Source: Candidatus Doudnabacteria bacterium RIFCSPHIGHO2_02_FULL_42_25 | GTDB taxonomy: Bacteria; Patescibacteriota; Doudnabacteria; UBA920; O2-02-FULL-48-8 | Direction: 5' to 3' | Assembly (NCBI GenBank): GCA_001777665.1 | Contig: MFEQ01000008.1 | Span: forward strand, 1-50,144 | Length of the DNA stretch: 50,144 nt | In this document: in pieces, positions 46,795 through 50,144 of the stretch | Position numbering within the stretch: the stretch's first letter is position 1 | Layout of the letters: each line of letters opens with the position of its first letter | Notes under the pieces: model-generated | What the model was told of the DNA's origin: nothing | Database searches by the model: none | The model's input: the letters and a program-made list of their open reading frames with translations, nothing else | Made by a program: the position numbers and the translations under genes

Positions 46795-47829
46795 ATGATC
46801 ACCAATGATTCCATAGAAACAGACATAATCAAACCAACCACTACCACTGAAGAAGTGTTGTTTGAGGCGACATTGCGTCCTCAAAAACTCGCTGAATATG
46901 TCGGCCAGGAAAAAATCAAAGAAAACTTAAAGATCCTAATTGATGCAGCCAAGGCGCGCAAAGAAACCCTCGAGCATCTACTTTTCTACGGCCCACCCGG
47001 CCTTGGCAAAACTACACTCGCTCATATCATTTCCAGGGAGACAGGATCAAACATTAAAGTAACATCTGGGCCTGCTATAGAAAAAGCCGGAGACCTCGCT
47101 TCCCTGCTGACCAATCTTACTGAAAACGACGTTTTATTCATAGACGAAATTCATCGGCTAAACAAAACCGTAGAAGAAATTCTCTACCCAGCGATGGAAG
47201 ACTATGCGCTGGATATCGTCCTCGGCAAAGGAGCGGGAGCCAAAGCTGTCAGATTGGATTTGCCCAAATTTACGTTGATTGGGGCGACAACCAGAATCGG
47301 ACTACTCTCGGCTCCCCTGCGTGATCGGTTTGGTATGACTTATCGTCTGGATTATTATGAAGAACCAGAAATCGAAGCCATTCTCAAACGAACCGCCAAA
47401 ATCCTCGGAATTCAAATCGATGATCAAGGTAAAATCGAAATTGCCAAACGATCCAGACGCACTCCTCGAATCGCTAATCGCCTCCTCAAGCGTGTCCGCG
47501 ACTTTGCACAAGTTAAAGCTCGAGGTAAAATAGATAGACAGGTCGCTGATGAAGCTTTGTCTATGCTCGAGGTGGACGAACTTGGTTTGGACAACAACGA
47601 CCGTCGGATTTTGGAAGCCTTAATCGACAAATTCGGAGGCGGTCCAGTCGGTATATCCTCCCTGGCCGCCGCAACTTCAGAAGACATGGGGACAATCGAG
47701 GATATCTATGAGCCTTATCTACTTCGGCTCGGACTCCTGGCCCGAACACCCAAGGGCCGCGTCGCCACACCAGCAGCATACGATCATCTCAAAAAGACAC
47801 CAAAAACAACAGCACAAACATTACTATGA
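46795..47829 (+). CDS. ruvB: Holliday junction branch migration helicase RuvB
   Basis: [55 protein letters not shown]. Confidence 0.98.
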   Translation: MITNDSIETDIIKPTTTTEEVLFEATLRPQKLAEYVGQEKIKENLKILIDAAKARKETLEHLLFYGPPGLGKTTLAHIISRETGSNIKVTSGPAIEKAGDLASLLTNLTENDVLFIDEIHRLNKTVEEILYPAMEDYALDIVLGKGAGAKAVRLDLPKFTLIGATTRIGLLSAPLRDRFGMTYRLDYYEEPEIEAILKRTAKILGIQIDDQGKIEIAKRSRRTPRIANRLLKRVRDFAQVKARGKIDRQVADEALSMLEVDELGLDNNDRRILEALIDKFGGGPVGISSLAAATSEDMGTIEDIYEPYLLRLGLLARTPKGRVATPAAYDHLKKTPKTTAQTLL

Positions 47830-48044
47830 ATCCCGTCACACCAACCAATCTTGGAGAAACTATTCTGAACGTGTTTTTCTATTTGATCATTGCGGCGTTT
47901 TTGATTTACAGTATCATCGCGATCTATTCCCTACTTCGGTATGGTCGGACAAAGATTTTAAGTATCTCGGTGATAGTTGTCTACCTAATAATCTCTGCTG
48001 GACTTTACGCTGCCGCCGTCAGTAGTTTAAATCAAATCAAATGA
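47826..48044 (+). CDS. Small 2-TM membrane protein
   Basis: Overlaps the ruvB stop and next start by 4 nt; hydrophobic. Confidence 0.7.
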   Translation: MNPVTPTNLGETILNVFFYLIIAAFLIYSIIAIYSLLRYGRTKILSISVIVVYLIISAGLYAAAVSSLNQIK

Positions 48045-48574
48045 TTCATAATCCCTTGTTTCCAGGTCAGCAGGAAAACGAAAAAATTTACATGGTGTTG
48101 CGACCGCATTGGTTTATTTTTTTCCTAAAATTTCTAGCCTGGGTATTGTTTGCCGCTATCCCATTTATTATCGACTGGTTTATCAATCAGTTTGCCCCAG
48201 GACTGAACAATGCTCCTTATGTAGGATATATCGATCTTTTGAAAGACATCTATATGATGTTTTTAATGTTGGGATTATTTATTCTCTGGATTATGTATTA
48301 TTTGAATATGCAAATCATTACCAATGAGCGCATCGTTGATGTCACCCAAAAATCTTTGCTCCACCATACGATTTCAGAATTGCATTTAACCAATATCGAA
48401 GACGTGACGGCAGAAGTCAAAGGGGTGTTTGGGACTTTTCTAAACTATGGCAGTGTCTATGTCCAAACCGCAGCCGAAACCGAACGCTTTGTGTTCGATA
48501 ATGTTCCCAACCCCGCAGCAGTCGAAAAAATGATCCTCGATCTCTATGAAAAAGTGCCAAAAGGAAACGATTAA
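48041..48574 (+). CDS. Membrane protein with bacterial PH (bPH_2-like) domain
   Basis: LRPHW, two TMs, IITNERIVD, NIEDVT, FLNYGSVYVQTA, FDNVPNP. Confidence 0.8.
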   Translation: MIHNPLFPGQQENEKIYMVLRPHWFIFFLKFLAWVLFAAIPFIIDWFINQFAPGLNNAPYVGYIDLLKDIYMMFLMLGLFILWIMYYLNMQIITNERIVDVTQKSLLHHTISELHLTNIEDVTAEVKGVFGTFLNYGSVYVQTAAETERFVFDNVPNPAAVEKMILDLYEKVPKGND

Positions 48575-48601
48575 ATACCGCCAATAGGTGGTTTTTTTTA
48601 T

Positions 48602-48635
48602 AAAAAAGGGCGGGGGTCGAAACGACTCCCCGCCC
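48602..48635 (-). terminator. Intrinsic terminator of the 49987 gene
   Basis: AGGGCGGGGAGTCG-TTT-CGACCCCCGCCCTTTTTT on the minus strand. Confidence 0.75.
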
Positions 48636-48658
48636 TGCAAAGCAAACGTGTGTCGAAA

Positions 48659-49987
48659 TTACTGAAGACCGGCTTCCTTCCGCAGGTCCTGGAGCGTGAC
48701 CTCCACGCCGGTGATGCCCGTGTAGTACTCAGCGAGCGTATCGTTGAGCAACCCAGGACGATGCTCGGCGAGTCGTTTCATAAACCCGCCACGATGGCCC
48801 TTCTGCGTCTGGGCAAACATCGCACGGGCTGTCAAAGCGGCCTTCTTTTTGCTCTTGCGTCCCGGACCCTCCAGGAACTTCATGCCGACCTCGATCCGCG
48901 CCTTGTTGTAAGCCACTTTGCTCTTGGCCTTAGCCTTGAGCAGCTCGACCTGAGCCTCGAGGAAGTCGCCGTTACGACCAGGCGTGGTCTTTCGCTTGCC
49001 GCTGGTTGTTGGGCTCGCGACCAACTGCTGACCACCATGCGAAGCGACCAACATCGTGAGTTCACCCATGAACTTCGTGAACCGATCGTTTCCAGCTGCA
49101 GCCACGAGGCTCTCGAGTGCCTCCAAGACTTCGCCGCCCGCCGCTTCCGCCATAGCGCGGAGTCTCTTCAATCCATTACTCATCACAACAGTCTCCTTGG
49201 TCCGCACGATTTCCTGCGGCGGACGGTTTAGATCGTACAGTGGTTCTTTGAACCACTCTCCATACAAATACCTAGCGAATTTCGGTGCAGCTATCCGCTG
49301 TGGCTTGTCTGAAAAGTGGAAGAAGTAAGTCCGCATCGGGAATGGGGCTCCCGATGTGTGCGAAATATAGGCGTACCTTCGCACACGGTTGGGCATTCGA
49401 TAGCGACCGTAGAAGAGAAACAGGTCTGTGATCGAGAAGAAAAATCCGATCTCGCGCATGATGGCGAGCTCTCGATCCTTGCCCTGTTCAGCTTCCAATC
49501 GTTCACGCATTCGCTGGTACCGGAAACCTAGAAGTGCAGAAAGCCACTTCTCGATTTTTCCGAAATTGTCCACCGACGCATTCCGTCTGGCGTCTGCAAC
49601 CGTTATGGCGAGACATCGCCCACGACTTTGGACCACCAATGGAATGATACGACGCGCGATGTCGATGTTGGGCTCGATAGTACCGCAGAGGTCGAGATGA
49701 AAAGCGTCGACTCCCCGGCTCGAACCTGCGACAGATCGAAATACCCGAGAAAAACTGGCCAGCGACGACGTGTATCTATAGGGCAACTGGGAGATCAAGT
49801 TAGCTGACCGTTTCCTATTTCGTTCGATCAACCAACCGTTACTATCCGGAATTCCGTGTTCTTGCCAGATCGCCGCCTCTCGTCCTTCTCCTCCGAGTGA
49901 AGCGATTACTGCTTCGCTTAGGGGAACGTGCTTCTGCACGAATTGAAGGAAGAGTCGGAGCACTTGGCTCTTGAGTTCCTTGTCCAT
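48659..49987 (-). CDS. GC-rich orphan protein with SAM-methyltransferase-like N-terminal half and basic C-terminal domain
   Basis: TTGACA-17-TAATAT promoter, GAGGAGG SD, terminator; IASLGGEG.E, WLIERN, VDAFHLDLCG, LAITV motifs. Confidence 0.6.
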   Translation of the reverse strand: MDKELKSQVLRLFLQFVQKHVPLSEAVIASLGGEGREAAIWQEHGIPDSNGWLIERNRKRSANLISQLPYRYTSSLASFSRVFRSVAGSSRGVDAFHLDLCGTIEPNIDIARRIIPLVVQSRGRCLAITVADARRNASVDNFGKIEKWLSALLGFRYQRMRERLEAEQGKDRELAIMREIGFFFSITDLFLFYGRYRMPNRVRRYAYISHTSGAPFPMRTYFFHFSDKPQRIAAPKFARYLYGEWFKEPLYDLNRPPQEIVRTKETVVMSNGLKRLRAMAEAAGGEVLEALESLVAAAGNDRFTKFMGELTMLVASHGGQQLVASPTTSGKRKTTPGRNGDFLEAQVELLKAKAKSKVAYNKARIEVGMKFLEGPGRKSKKKAALTARAMFAQTQKGHRGGFMKRLAEHRPGLLNDTLAEYYTGITGVEVTLQDLRKEAGLQ

Positions 49988-50066
49988 AATTTCGACTCCT
50001 CCTCTGAAGTCAGAAAAGAACCTGTAATATTATTCTTTTCTAGCGATTTTGTCAAGGCTTATTTCG

Positions 50067-50144
50067 TGTAGAGTTAACAGTCAATGATGACACTTTGGGC
50101 TAACTTCTCGACTGGAGTTAGTCCATTTAATTTTGTGTGAATTC
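50067..50144 (-). mobile_element. End of an IS (IS481/IS3-like integrase-core transposase), truncated by the window edge
   Basis: Minus-strand peptide RIHTKLNGLTPVEKLAQSVIIDC* (stop 50074-50076) matches R.H..L.G.TP; followed by a terminus reading TGTAGAGTTAACAGTCAATGATGACAC from 50067. Confidence 0.6.

Noticed and set aside
48650..49231. 193-aa plus-strand ORF
   Set aside because: Antisense to the 442-aa gene that has promoter, SD and terminator; long antisense frames are expected in GC-rich genes.
1..50144. Alternative genetic code (UGA=Gly)
   Set aside because: Conserved genes are full length in code 11, and trxB and vanW end at TGA in expected positions.

Overview
A 50 kb piece of a small-genome bacterial chromosome using code 11. 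The compact ValS, PolA and TsaB, the rpoB-rpoC pair with no ribosomal-protein genes upstream, the dockerin/PA14/Gmad2/FemX/VanW/PilB content and the many SD-less genes point to Patescibacteria (CPR); this placement is inferred. Core genes: gdhA, two trxB paralogues, folD, ECF sigma plus partner, tRNA-Glu, tsaD/tsaB/tsaE, valS, rpoB/rpoC, ruvA/ruvB, uvrB, rpsT, polA, pepA and a PilB/GspE ATPase. Several GC-richer orphan genes carry their own SD and terminator, and an IS end sits at the right edge. The most notable non-ORF signals are: (1) a T-box riboswitch upstream of valS with an ultrashort Stem I showing a GUC (Val) specifier inside an unusual three-way junction; (2) a solitary wHTH + PaaX/Cas2-like gene bracketed by two identical 26-bp direct repeats with palindromic cores; (3) several families of tiny palindromic elements that nest inside one another and sit in frame inside tsaE, vanW and tsaD; (4) many genes with a -10 box only 6-10 nt before the ATG, suggesting leaderless mRNAs. 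All calls come from reading the sequence; no searches were run.
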